From: an uncultured Acidimicrobiales bacterium
GTDB taxonomy: Bacteria; Actinomycetota; Acidimicrobiia; Acidimicrobiales; Hopanoidiivorantaceae
Assembly (NCBI GenBank): GCA_964514465.1
Contig: CAZERQ010000004.1
Location: 1-45,827 of the forward strand
DNA: 45,827 nt
Direction: 5' to 3'
Positions 29,601 through 34,063 of the stretch are shown here, piece by piece (positions within the stretch are counted from its first letter, which is position 1; the number at the start of each line of letters is the position of its first letter). The notes beneath the pieces are model-generated. The model ran no database searches and was not told the DNA's origin. It saw only the letters and a list, made by a program, of their open reading frames with translations. Position numbers and translations under genes: made by a program.

Positions 29601-32301
29601 ACGATGATCCCCGATCAGGCGCAAACTTGATCTCAAAGGTGGTGCCGGCATAGTCCTTGACGCCATCGTTGTTATAGTCGACCTGGGGCACGCTTATCTG
29701 GATGTCCGGGGTGAAATATGACGTGGCAATGTCGCTCGCTGTGGGAAAGGCGATTGAGGTGGCATAGACCTCATAGGTGGCAGAGATCGTGCTGTCGGTT
29801 GCACTGAGCGATCCCAGCGGGTATATTTCGTCAACAAACTCATCAATGGGATCAAGCCCTAGCCGCGCTCGTTCCACGTTAAGCACCTGGGCTGTTGCCT
29901 CGGTCACCTTGTTGATTGTGGACTCTCCGATGTCCCACGGGTTGCCGTCAAACATTCTCAGCACCAGCTCGTTGAAGTATAGCTCGGCCACCGTGTAGGT
30001 ATATTCGCAACGGGGAAGGGCGGCAAAAGCATCGGCGTCGTTAGCAGCATCGGGATCGACCAGATAGTAGGCACCTGGTGAATCCACCAGTCTGGGAGCA
30101 TCGCCTTCCAGTGTGCCGCTGGCGTTCAGCGTGAACTCCACCCGCATGATCCGCGAAGCGCCAACATCTGATTCTTTGAAGGAGGCGACACCGGCTTCAC
30201 CGCAGATGGATCGGGCTGAAGCGGCGGTTTCTGTGCCTTCAACAGGCCAGATGTTCACCCAGACTGTGAAGTCGGTGTAGTCGTTGTTGGGGTTCAGGTC
30301 TTCGTTGTCGGAACCCAGCGACGGCAGGTTGATGTCGATTGTCGGGGTGAAATAGGTCTGGGTCAGGACGGGTAGCTCGGCGGTGCGATCTGTTTTTACT
30401 GTCCCTTTGTCAGACGTGACTGTCGATCTAACGACGTTAGCGGCGGGCACGACATATTCCGCGGTGACTCTGTCTCTTGTGGCGGTTACCGTTGCTGGTG
30501 CTACGGTGTTGGCAGCCTGGGTTCTGATCTCGTCTTCGCTCAGGCCCAACGCCACACCAGTCCGCCGCGTTGTGGCAATCGCAGCCTCAACACGAATTGC
30601 TATCTCAGCATCGGTCAGGCCGTTTTCAACCAGCGCCATGATCTGGGAGTCATTTAGTCCCTTGAGCAGACCTTCCACAATCGCCTTGACTTCGTTATCA
30701 CTTAGGCCACCTGCCACCAATGCCTCAACCGCAACCCGGCTCAAGCCGCTGAGTCGAATGAGACCGTCAATGTTATGTGCCCGTACTGCCTCATAGAGCC
30801 CGATGGAAGATGTCGGCATAGGTCTGCCATCGATTGAGATCAATTCGAGGCCGGCAACATCTGGCCATGCGACAGTGTATGCGCATCGGGGAACCAACAC
30901 GAGGGAATCGGACTGGCTGCCGCCGCCTCGATAGGCAGCTGCCTGGTTAACCAGACGGGGGCCCGTGCCTGTGGCTACATTGCCGGATGACGGCACAGTG
31001 TATGTGGCGGTGAAAGTGGAACTGCCAGTGGGCCGGGGGGTGTTCCGATCAGCAGCCTGTGCTGCCCGGTGCGCGGCGATGAACTCCGGAGTGTTGCATT
31101 CGAATGGCGAGCCGGTGAAGTCGTCTTGACGGTCGATGTCTGTGGGCCTGAACTCAACCTCGAAGGTGGTGCCGGCGAAACCGTTGGGGACTGTGATCTC
31201 GACTCGCGGGGTGAAGTAGGTGGTTTGGATGGCGCCAGAGGAAGAGCGCACCCGGTCGAAGCGAGCCACGGCAATTGTCTCATTGCGCGAGGACGCCGAC
31301 TTGTCGGATTCCACGGTGGTGATGCTGCCACCCGAAAGAGCAAAGCCCGAGATGGTCTCAAAGCTGATGGCATAGCGACAGCCGCCGCCATAGCCTTCTG
31401 GCACATCAACCAGCTGGGGTCGGTTGGCGACCGCGAGCTCCCCGGTGCCGTCGTCTTCAATTGCCAGCCTCGCGGTGACGTTGTTGGAGCAGCCGGCGGC
31501 CGGATTGGTGGCGATCGCATCCGACCTGAAGGTCACCGCCACTGTGGTGCCGGAGAGCGAGTGCGCGGTGCTGGGGTTGGCGTCATTGTCTTGCACTGCA
31601 ATCTGCACCTGCGGGGTGAAGAAGGTGTCGGTGGTGGCCAGCGGATCCACGGGGTTGGGGGAAGTCGATGAAGGCCTTGAGTTCGAGCTGGGAGGAACGG
31701 AATAGGAGCCATAGACCGTGACGCCCTTGCCGGGCACCTCTTCGGTGGCGGAGGAGAAATAGATGGTGGAGCCGGGATAAAGCGACACGCCGGGCAACCT
31801 CGGGAAGCCGACCTCATATTTGCAGCTTTCGGTCTGGCCGGCGGGGACATCAATCAGCTGAGGGCCGGAGTTGCCGATGGCGACCGTGCGGATTCCGCCC
31901 GGGTCGGTCTGCACTGTCACCTCGCCCCAAGCATGACTGGTGCAGCCCTTCAAGGTGATGGCCTGGGCTCCCCCGTCAAGCGCGGCTTGCTCCTCGGTGA
32001 TCACTTCGCCTTCGTCGTTGAGCAGTCGCAGGATCACGGGGCTGGAGGTGAAGCTCACCCGGATGGTCTGGCCCATGAAGTCGTTTCTGTCGTCGCCGTC
32101 GGCGTCCAGCCATGGCAACTCGATCCTGATGGTCGGGGTTGTGGTGGTGGCGGTGTTGGACTGGCCCTGGACGGTGCCGGGTGTGACCAGCAACCAGCCG
32201 AATACCAGCAACGACAGGAGCGACACTGCCAGCTTCATCGGGCCGGCGTGCCTCGGCTGCCTGAGGCGCTCAGTTCTATGTTTTGGATTGCTAAGGCTCA
32301 T
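20608..32301 (-). CDS. Giant secreted modular repeat protein (3,897 aa), family unrecognised
   Basis: Uninterrupted 11,694-nt ORF. GGAGGA (32311-32316) lies 9 nt upstream of the ATG at 32301. N-terminal signal-like sequence. 17 clear and 1 degenerate copies of a YFTP...CxYxVxWP module, plus 6 helical LTDxEI cassettes. No C-terminal anchor motif. Confidence 0.9.
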   Translation of the reverse strand: MSLSNPKHRTERLRQPRHAGPMKLAVSLLSLLVFGWLLVTPGTVQGQSNTATTTTPTIRIELPWLDADGDDRNDFMGQTIRVSFTSSPVILRLLNDEGEVITEEQAALDGGAQAITLKGCTSHAWGEVTVQTDPGGIRTVAIGNSGPQLIDVPAGQTESCKYEVGFPRLPGVSLYPGSTIYFSSATEEVPGKGVTVYGSYSVPPSSNSRPSSTSPNPVDPLATTDTFFTPQVQIAVQDNDANPSTAHSLSGTTVAVTFRSDAIATNPAAGCSNNVTARLAIEDDGTGELAVANRPQLVDVPEGYGGGCRYAISFETISGFALSGGSITTVESDKSASSRNETIAVARFDRVRSSSGAIQTTYFTPRVEITVPNGFAGTTFEVEFRPTDIDRQDDFTGSPFECNTPEFIAAHRAAQAADRNTPRPTGSSTFTATYTVPSSGNVATGTGPRLVNQAAAYRGGGSQSDSLVLVPRCAYTVAWPDVAGLELISIDGRPMPTSSIGLYEAVRAHNIDGLIRLSGLSRVAVEALVAGGLSDNEVKAIVEGLLKGLNDSQIMALVENGLTDAEIAIRVEAAIATTRRTGVALGLSEDEIRTQAANTVAPATVTATRDRVTAEYVVPAANVVRSTVTSDKGTVKTDRTAELPVLTQTYFTPTIDINLPSLGSDNEDLNPNNDYTDFTVWVNIWPVEGTETAASARSICGEAGVASFKESDVGASRIMRVEFTLNASGTLEGDAPRLVDSPGAYYLVDPDAANDADAFAALPRCEYTYTVAELYFNELVLRMFDGNPWDIGESTINKVTEATAQVLNVERARLGLDPIDEFVDEIYPLGSLSATDSTISATYEVYATSIAFPTASDIATSYFTPDIQISVPQVDYNNDGVKDYAGTTFEIKFAPDRGSSFMCNTFDVVSAWLIEAEAWATENDNTGNTDAAPRQPVNTRDNPNAVPAHSAIYTVQDDGTVTGEAPRLPNQPNTYVGPRQLAPKCEYDVIWPINEGELDAALAAVRAENPGNEGIVSATSPGEIVVPNPCVGELTLDVETFFTNTVGATVNRGLAFDDTANRDYTSPEQTPSTRSGTGGQVQGKFLQDRPVDICNFETILGEILVREGVIGEALPTYFTPTIDIKLGPSVASRYAGETFTVRFIPQRGSAIDCGREREVVIAAAEATATSEGLTAGADYNARVVELLEEHFNEVDRPITYYYHEAEYTVQPDGSVTGTAPRLVNQADAYDKDLPNPTYDSSQPLSPGNPRYLRAAPCVYDVIWPLVPLSGGGYLRPASADALPTQAAFDAEESVLQPDGFRSIGFTDFSDLFPSTTKIDGDDEDSDHPSTARAIYFESADGPTPEPVYPERPESTRFTPNVVITVPPDDLDGDSVNDYAGSTFTVAFYPERNSVFDCNNPEDPRVAAYLEARNSATFNNQNTPRPFGTQPYTATYIVRDDGSVVPEDQASVTDLLVDQVQGAYVGGGSADDPPVQVAPCSYRVQWPEGSGVLSLGQINGQSAAGDTSLNSLTAAQIMEINDQLSQSEAEAILNTLNSDTATELETIEAAAQIFARLPNYDVRIPNFATPATDDFLNFSTKAEALRALAPNTVPYAVVSNAQKDATASYIPLTTTFTPRVNIIVPQVDEDGDGSNDYAGATFELQFWPTPGERYHAACWSGNIPSTTRRFLTDSGNLVNPPPNPPYSATYTVQPDGSVTGEGPTMVDWATYHIIPISPENLEAGQVPNDISTFAELQTRRVRCSYAVWWPNDTGSQLDDSTTGSFQERLNLLDEPQQGPIRWIDADTTASAIYFWRTRGGEERVLPRYVPLEEDLAASYFTPNLVIELPGDGTDYVGTTFEVQFAPAPAVPDWRRNWPLCGNPKSATYTVQPDGMVTGTAPRLVNQPAAYVGGGGIPNPNFDPLYDPLGLYDGPELKEGQENPVATTYPEDDPLTPEDDRLIHPDTGLPIPGNPRYIRKPGADPVELADPCSYTVVWPSDVTAAGTAAGVTLQVDTVNGARPAGNTGIDGVIRSWDKATLMSESGLSEAVVEELLMGGLTDNEIVAIIGGLLTGLADMAATDLIGGTGGLTEDELKTRSEAVSATAGFSVDKIRSLATNSVPAAIVNADQTDATVSYVVQPEALVATYFTPRVNIIVPPKDADNNQINDFSGTDIVLEFRPRQGAPTVIDSSYWCNNPDGLPEITPGEDRPTGDAVPAYEATYRIQDDGTVVLVEGTEAAGDPPSLRLINEPAAYAPDGTRALACTYSVKWPTWVEAKGTYLILFENRECSTVPEALRDRLSVESCSAGEDLLLAFYSTYLDSETPLAGIYFEPGGDIPAYVWQPDEEVDCDPTSADLQAIGNTCENEMLANTPATVVQTYFTPTVNIMVPDTDADGDGNNDYSNAAATSFTVEFFPVLGSARDCNPQGYDPFSYRRNDPSTAPYHATYTVQSGGMATGTAPRLVNQPAATVTDRYEPASKCVYDVRQTITTSPRNLILESVNGQTATDNEGLKESLAAMANTNKANLATLVGLSENAIDDFFTTDFAAADLTDNEVKAMVEGLLVGMSDAEIETLLGGVGGLTDDEIETRADIVANIRFLKGCRSEFCLELDGYAAAQSAPDVGLTAAQIQALAPNTLAVATVSESQMSANYVYVADFVPTPSSTFMPNVIIGVPQVNEVAQMPGGPTPNIYSGVSFTVKFWPTGWMATPGWRGNPGCFPAGYNYSPTRKNAPAPYTATYTVGDDGMVTSSNVPELVHKPGNAYVERADGTVPSPYRSPVDVECSYLLEISVGDANGLQLDAVDGSQISGSTGLERLSAVDIKSLRSDLTDSEIEALLQDGLTEEEIRSIVVPAADRIPIEFDGDGNCENNCLTGLTRRVLSESAIIKAAPNTIAPAVVSSGDAAARFTYVARPPKLTATYFTPIVNIGVPQNDGRNAFTNTQFVVRFRPAHDASFHCNPPAVVSQHLSEITDQLQATADNPGAQRPANSEATPSAVRPYLVTYTVQENGSVTPNDPSFRLMDQPPAYDIAKDGTTIGPAARCVYTVIWPHENPTTVSGTDLYILNRDGASFVTHLSAESNVISAIYHQSGVLPPGYIPTLEELDLVQTYFTPNVNIQVPQTDGADGNNIYSGTTFTVDFWPKRAIASSGGVIWETGSAFECNPYDFYVDKRSEIAALYERARSDQEAAARTAATTTATGEGLTGEALAARIEELTSETMRSDATQTAIRAAVETAMDEIYKAAVAAVARGDEPATSLYNIGYYSAIYTVDDDGNVASANPPRLIDQPAAYQGGGDGTNPDGGSGDSQLAAPCEYEVSISDDLDNLRLSSINGRSTYILDEQIEELTNAELEAYTGFDSATVTDLKAGGLTAAELKRIKLALEIEEVLEIANSGLPIPFARVSAATPMDDPPTFVFAEYNVEWASSFVPNIDFRIPSWDADNDAEDANDFSGTVLWVDFVPTDLSPEECPTRERRAYTIGDDGEVTAGYEKMIGGQTVIADGINSLPGHIAGSSTPCSYEITIYESGWPHTEYDISPLYLESLSSTTINENSNFTRATFAAPFSPLGTTFRPQANILVPVVDSSGSNAFAGTTLDITYSRSDETQGECTTSVVETYVVSSSLTQTTAEIDGTSANLVMSTDESTYADIIASLTDDDDANDKTICEYEIATSVSDANLAIRPSSEYYLDEPAEVPMFADYRSVSIAETTTYQIDTGQAADRVFACDAETAGSPELPRPQASVSCGVDFPSAFTGDYLTHMGQDPSGAATAHEVNIGTDALVLIRRPNVHVELSLVRLKTITLSLTTPDNSRNGDTARVTIQGTLKTPNGHLSPRLIGGEDSGFPRNYQPCYFSHARTMMIGSDGSAADVMVMAVDIDGGEDSGCEYVVSWPEISGLTTPADVTLAAGDTTATGTYTAP
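20692..21015 (-). repeat. Giant-protein module 18 (compact, C-terminal)
   Basis: aa 3763-3870: RRPNVHVELSL, DTARVTIQG, C3829, C3863-EYVVSWP. The protein ends 27 aa later. Confidence 0.6.
21349..21663 (-). repeat. Giant-protein module 17 (compact)
   Basis: aa 3547-3651: GTTFRPQANILVPVVDSSGSNAFAGTTLDITY, C3588, C3644-EYEIATS. Confidence 0.65.
21790..22089 (-). repeat. Giant-protein module 16 (compact)
   Basis: aa 3405-3504: SSFVPNIDFRIPSWDADNDAEDANDFSGTVLWVDF, C3449, RAYTIGDDGEVT, C3497-SYEITIY. Confidence 0.7.
22162..22341 (-). repeat. Helical cassette F (aa 3321-3380, diverged)
   Basis: EQIEELTNAELEAYTGFDSATVTDLKAGGLTAAELKRIKLALEIEEVLEIANSGL. Confidence 0.5.
22402..23040 (-). repeat. Giant-protein module 15 (with long helical insertion)
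   Basis: aa 3088-3300: QTYFTPNVNIQVPQTDGADGNNIYSGTTFTVDF, FEC3142N, Ala/Glu/Thr-rich insert, YSAIYTVDDDGNV, PPRLIDQPAAYQGGG, C3293-EYEVSIS. Confidence 0.8.
23212..23610 (-). repeat. Giant-protein module 14
   Basis: aa 2898-3030: TATYFTPIVNIGVPQNDGRNAF, FHC2938N, YLVTYTVQENGSVT, FRLMDQPPAY, C3023-VYTVIWP. Confidence 0.8.
23662..23919 (-). repeat. Helical LTDxEI cassette E (aa 2795-2880)
   Basis: LSAVDIKSLRSDLTDSEIEALLQDGLTEEEIRSIV, a DGDGNCENNC mini-loop, SESAIIKAAPNTIAPAVV. Confidence 0.6.
23989..24375 (-). repeat. Giant-protein module 13
   Basis: aa 2643-2771: SSTFMPNVIIGVP, SGVSFTVKF, C2698, YTATYTVGDDGMVTS, C2764-SYLLEIS. Confidence 0.75.
24442..24771 (-). repeat. Helical LTDxEI cassette D (aa 2511-2620)
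   Basis: GLSENAIDDFF...DLTDNEVKAMVEGLLVGMSDAEIETLLGGVGGLTDDEIETRADIV, a CRSEFC mini-loop, GLTAAQIQALAPNTLAVATV. Confidence 0.7.
24898..25233 (-). repeat. Giant-protein module 12
   Basis: aa 2357-2468: QTYFTPTVNIMVPDTDADGDGNNDY, TSFTVEF, RDC2404N, YHATYTVQSGGMATGTAPRLVNQPAA, C2461-VYDVRQT. Confidence 0.8.
25549..25929 (-). repeat. Giant-protein module 11
   Basis: aa 2125-2251: ATYFTPRVNIIVPPKDADNNQINDFSGTDIVLEF, YWC2174N, YEATYRIQDDGTV, LRLINEPAAY, C2244-TYSVKWP. Confidence 0.8.
26002..26241 (-). repeat. Helical LTDxEI cassette C (aa 2021-2100)
   Basis: SGLSEAVVEELLMGGLTDNEIVAIIGGLLTGLADMAATDLIGGTGGLTEDELKTRSEA...KIRSLATNSVPAAIV. Confidence 0.7.
26371..26856 (-). repeat. Giant-protein module 10
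   Basis: aa 1816-1977: ASYFTPNLVIELP, VGTTFEVQF, C1859, SATYTVQPDGMVTGTAPRLVNQPAAYVGGGG, GNPRYIR, C1970-SYTVVWP. Confidence 0.8.
27055..27468 (-). repeat. Giant-protein module 9
   Basis: aa 1612-1749: TTFTPRVNIIVPQVDEDGDGSNDYAGATFELQF, C1657, YSATYTVQPDGSVTGEGP, C1742-SYAVWWP. Confidence 0.8.
27502..27780 (-). repeat. Helical cassette B (aa 1508-1600, diverged)
   Basis: LNSLTAAQIMEINDQLSQSEAEAILNTLNSDTATELETIEAAAQIF...KAEALRALAPNTVPYAVV. Confidence 0.5.
27844..28242 (-). repeat. Giant-protein module 8
   Basis: aa 1354-1486: STRFTPNVVITVPPDDLDGDSVNDYAGSTFTVAF, FDC1397N, YTATYIVRDDGSV, GAYVGGG, C1479-SYRVQWP. Confidence 0.8.
28510..28956 (-). repeat. Giant-protein module 7
   Basis: aa 1116-1264: TYFTPTIDIKL, AGETFTVRF, IDC1153G, helical insert, EAEYTVQPDGSVTGTAPRLVNQADAY, GNPRYLR, C1257-VYDVIWP. 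Confidence 0.8.
29002..29193 (-). repeat. Giant-protein module 6 (degenerate remnant?)
   Basis: aa 1037-1100: ETFFTNTVGATV resembles the opening strand. Flanking C1030 and C1094 are present, but the APRLVNQ and CxYxVxWP motifs are missing. Confidence 0.3.
29326..29727 (-). repeat. Giant-protein module 5
   Basis: aa 859-992: SYFTPDIQISVPQVDYNNDGVKDYAGTTFEIKF, FMC903N, AIYTVQDDGTVTGEAPRLPNQ, C985-EYDVIWP. Confidence 0.8.
29986..30360 (-). repeat. Giant-protein module 4
   Basis: aa 648-772: TYFTPTIDINLP, DNEDLNPNNDY, C700, APRLVDSPGAY, C765-EYTYTV. Confidence 0.7.
30502..30750 (-). repeat. Helical LTDxEI cassette A (aa 518-600)
   Basis: GLSRVAVEALVAGGLSDNEVKAIVEGLLKGLNDSQIMALVENGLTDAEIAIRVEA...GLSEDEIRTQAANTVAPATV. 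Confidence 0.7.
30862..31227 (-). repeat. Giant-protein module 3
   Basis: aa 359-480: TYFTPRVEITVP, AGTTFEVEF, FEC402N, FTATYTV, GPRLVNQAAAYRGGG, C473-AYTVAWP. Confidence 0.8.
31357..31626 (-). repeat. Giant-protein module 2 (compact)
   Basis: aa 226-315: TFFTPQVQIAV, GTTVAVTF, C271, RPQLVDVPEGYGGG, C308-RYAISFE. Confidence 0.65.
31801..32148 (-). repeat. Giant-protein module 1 (compact)
   Basis: aa 52-167: TPTIRIELPWLDADGDDRNDF, GQTIRVSF, C120, GPQLIDVPAG, C160-KYEVGFP. Confidence 0.65.
32164..32301 (-). other. Predicted signal peptide or signal anchor of the giant protein (aa 1-46)
   Basis: Basic n-region (KHRTERLRQPRH), hydrophobic core LAVSLLSLLVFGWLLV, and a small-residue site TVQG/QS. 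An alternative ATG at 32238 (MKLAVSLL) would give a shorter n-region. Confidence 0.6.
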
Positions 32302-32480
32302 TGTTGTTATTCCTCCGTGAATGAATACTAGCTATCACTATAGCACGCCAAAGAGTGCTACGCAACATTTTAGGTGAAAAATTTTGGGTGGTTGGGTTTG
32401 GGTTCGGTTCGGCAAAATTCGCTTGTTCGTTATTCTATGTTAGTTTAGCGCGCTGTGTTGGATTTTGTGTGGCATTTGTT
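32302..32480 (-). promoter_or_regulatory. AT-rich upstream/5'-UTR region of the giant gene
   Basis: 179-bp spacer between the mltG stop and the giant-gene ATG, markedly AT-richer than the flanks. Contains SD GGAGGA (32311-32316), the inverted repeat TAGCAC-N8-GTGCTA (32341-32360) and GGTT(T/C)GG reiterations (32388-32411). No promoter hexamers assigned with confidence. Confidence 0.45.
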
Positions 32481-33575
32481 TTAGAATATCCCCTCGGCGC
32501 GAGACCGGCGCACCTGCTCCAAAAATTCCTCTTCGCTGCTGGTGAAGAAATGCGACCCGTCGGTGCTGGCCAGAACATAGAACAGCCAGTCGCCTTCGGC
32601 CGGGTTCAAGGCGGCGGCGAGCGCGGCCCGGCCGGGCGCGGCGATGGGGGTGGGCGGCAGCCCGGGATAGACACGGGTGTTATAGGGCGAGTCGATGGCC
32701 AGATCCTGGACGGTCAGCTCGGCGGTGTGGCGACCGAGTGCATATAGTACTGTGGCGTCGATGCCCAGGGGGATGTCTTGCTCCAGGCGGTTGTAGATCA
32801 CCCGGGCGATCTTGGCGCGGTCTTGGGGCACCTTGGCTTCCTCTTCGATCATGGAGGCGACCACCAGCACCTCATAGGAATCGTGGCCGACCAGCTCGGG
32901 GGCGCGCGCATAGCCCAGCTCGGCCAGCACCTCGTCCATCTGGGCGACCATGCGGCGCACCAGATCCAGCTCGTTGTCCAGCTCGGCTTCGGCCACCTGA
33001 TAGGTGTCGGGGAACAGCAGGCCTTCGAGTGAGTTGATGTCGGGCGGCTGGAATGCGGAGCGGACCAGGCCGGCGTTGAGCGCGGTGGACAGCTCAGGTT
33101 GGGTGAACTCGGGCAGGGCGTCCAGCATGCGGGCGGTGATGTCGGTCAGCCACAGGCCTTCGGGGATGGTGATGGACTGGCCGGGTTCAATGCGCGGGCC
33201 GGCCAGCAGAACGGCCTCGGCTTCGGCCAGCGACATGTTGTGGCGGAAGATGTAGTCGCCGGCTTTGAAGGGGCCGTCGCCGCGCCACTCCATGCGTGCG
33301 AAGGTGGAGTTGGCCACCACCCCTTCGTTGGCCAAGATGATGGCGATGTCGTTGGTGGATGCGCCGACGGGGATCTCGACCAGCACCTGTTCGCCTGGCG
33401 GGCCGGGCGGGTTGATCTGGTTCTGGATCCAGCTGTTGACAGTGATGGCGGTGGCGGCGACCAGGGCGATGATGACCGCGGTGATCAGGGTGGCGCGCAG
33501 TGAGACGGGCCAGGGCCGGCGCAGGCGCACCCAGGGGTCGGGTTGGCTGTGGTCGGGCGGCGGCAGTTCGGTCAT
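32481..33575 (-). CDS. mltG: Endolytic murein transglycosylase MltG (YceG-like)
   Basis: N-terminal TM helix (LITAVIIALVAATAITV), FPDTYQV, ASMIEEEA (catalytic Glu context), VIYNRLEQDIPLGIDATVLYA and SPYNTRVYPGLPPTPIAAPG. The start overlaps the ruvX stop (33572-33575). Confidence 0.88.
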   Translation of the reverse strand: MTELPPPDHSQPDPWVRLRRPWPVSLRATLITAVIIALVAATAITVNSWIQNQINPPGPPGEQVLVEIPVGASTNDIAIILANEGVVANSTFARMEWRGDGPFKAGDYIFRHNMSLAEAEAVLLAGPRIEPGQSITIPEGLWLTDITARMLDALPEFTQPELSTALNAGLVRSAFQPPDINSLEGLLFPDTYQVAEAELDNELDLVRRMVAQMDEVLAELGYARAPELVGHDSYEVLVVASMIEEEAKVPQDRAKIARVIYNRLEQDIPLGIDATVLYALGRHTAELTVQDLAIDSPYNTRVYPGLPPTPIAAPGRAALAAALNPAEGDWLFYVLASTDGSHFFTSSEEEFLEQVRRSRAEGIF

Positions 33576-33991
33576 CGGGCATCCAGCCAGGACTGCAGCA
33601 TCACGGCCGCGGCCACCTTGTCGATCTTGGCTCGTCTCTTTGGGCCGCTCAGATTGGTCTGCTTGAGGGCGTGGTCGGCGATGGCGGTGGTCAGGCGTTC
33701 GTCGTGGGTCAGCACCGGTATGTCCAGCACTTCGGCCAGCTGCGCGCAGACGGACTGCGTGGCTTGGGCGGCCGGGCCCAGCTCGCCCGACAGCGAGAGC
33801 GGCAGACCCACCACCACAGCCTCGGCTTCCAACTCAGCGGCCATGGTCGGCAGCTTGTCGCGCAGGACTTGGCTGGGCGTGGCGGCTTTGGGCACCTCAA
33901 TATAGCTGTGCGGCGATGCGATGGTCTGGGCGGTGTCGCTGACGGCCACGCCGATGCGCCGCTGGCCCAAGTCAAGCCCTATGACTCGCAT
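33572..33991 (-). CDS. ruvX: Holliday-junction resolvase-like nuclease RuvX/YqgF
   Basis: MRVIGLDLGQRRIGVAVSD start motif, VVGLPLSLSG and ERLTT. The track start GTG at 34063 would add a 24-aa Pro/Arg/Thr-rich extension abutting the alaS stop. The ATG at 33991 matches the family N-terminus. Confidence 0.82.
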   Translation of the reverse strand: MRVIGLDLGQRRIGVAVSDTAQTIASPHSYIEVPKAATPSQVLRDKLPTMAAELEAEAVVVGLPLSLSGELGPAAQATQSVCAQLAEVLDIPVLTHDERLTTAIADHALKQTNLSGPKRRAKIDKVAAAVMLQSWLDAR

Positions 33992-34063
33992 GTTTGGGTT
34001 TGCGCGGGTCGGATGGGTCGGACGGGTTGGCGCGGCGTGGACGGGACGGCGCGGGGCGGGCAC

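Noticed and set aside
15109-32301. Idea that the two ABC exporters form a type I secretion system for the giant protein
   Set aside because: The giant protein has an N-terminal Sec-type signal and no C-terminal RTX or T1SS signal. The ABC genes are on the opposite strand, separated by two unrelated genes. No membrane-fusion or outer-membrane component is present. The organism looks Gram-positive-type.
32164-32301. Twin-arginine (Tat) signal in the giant protein N-terminus (RLRQPRH)
   Set aside because: There is no consecutive RR within an S/T-R-R-x-F-L-K-like context, so a Sec-type signal or signal anchor is the simpler reading.
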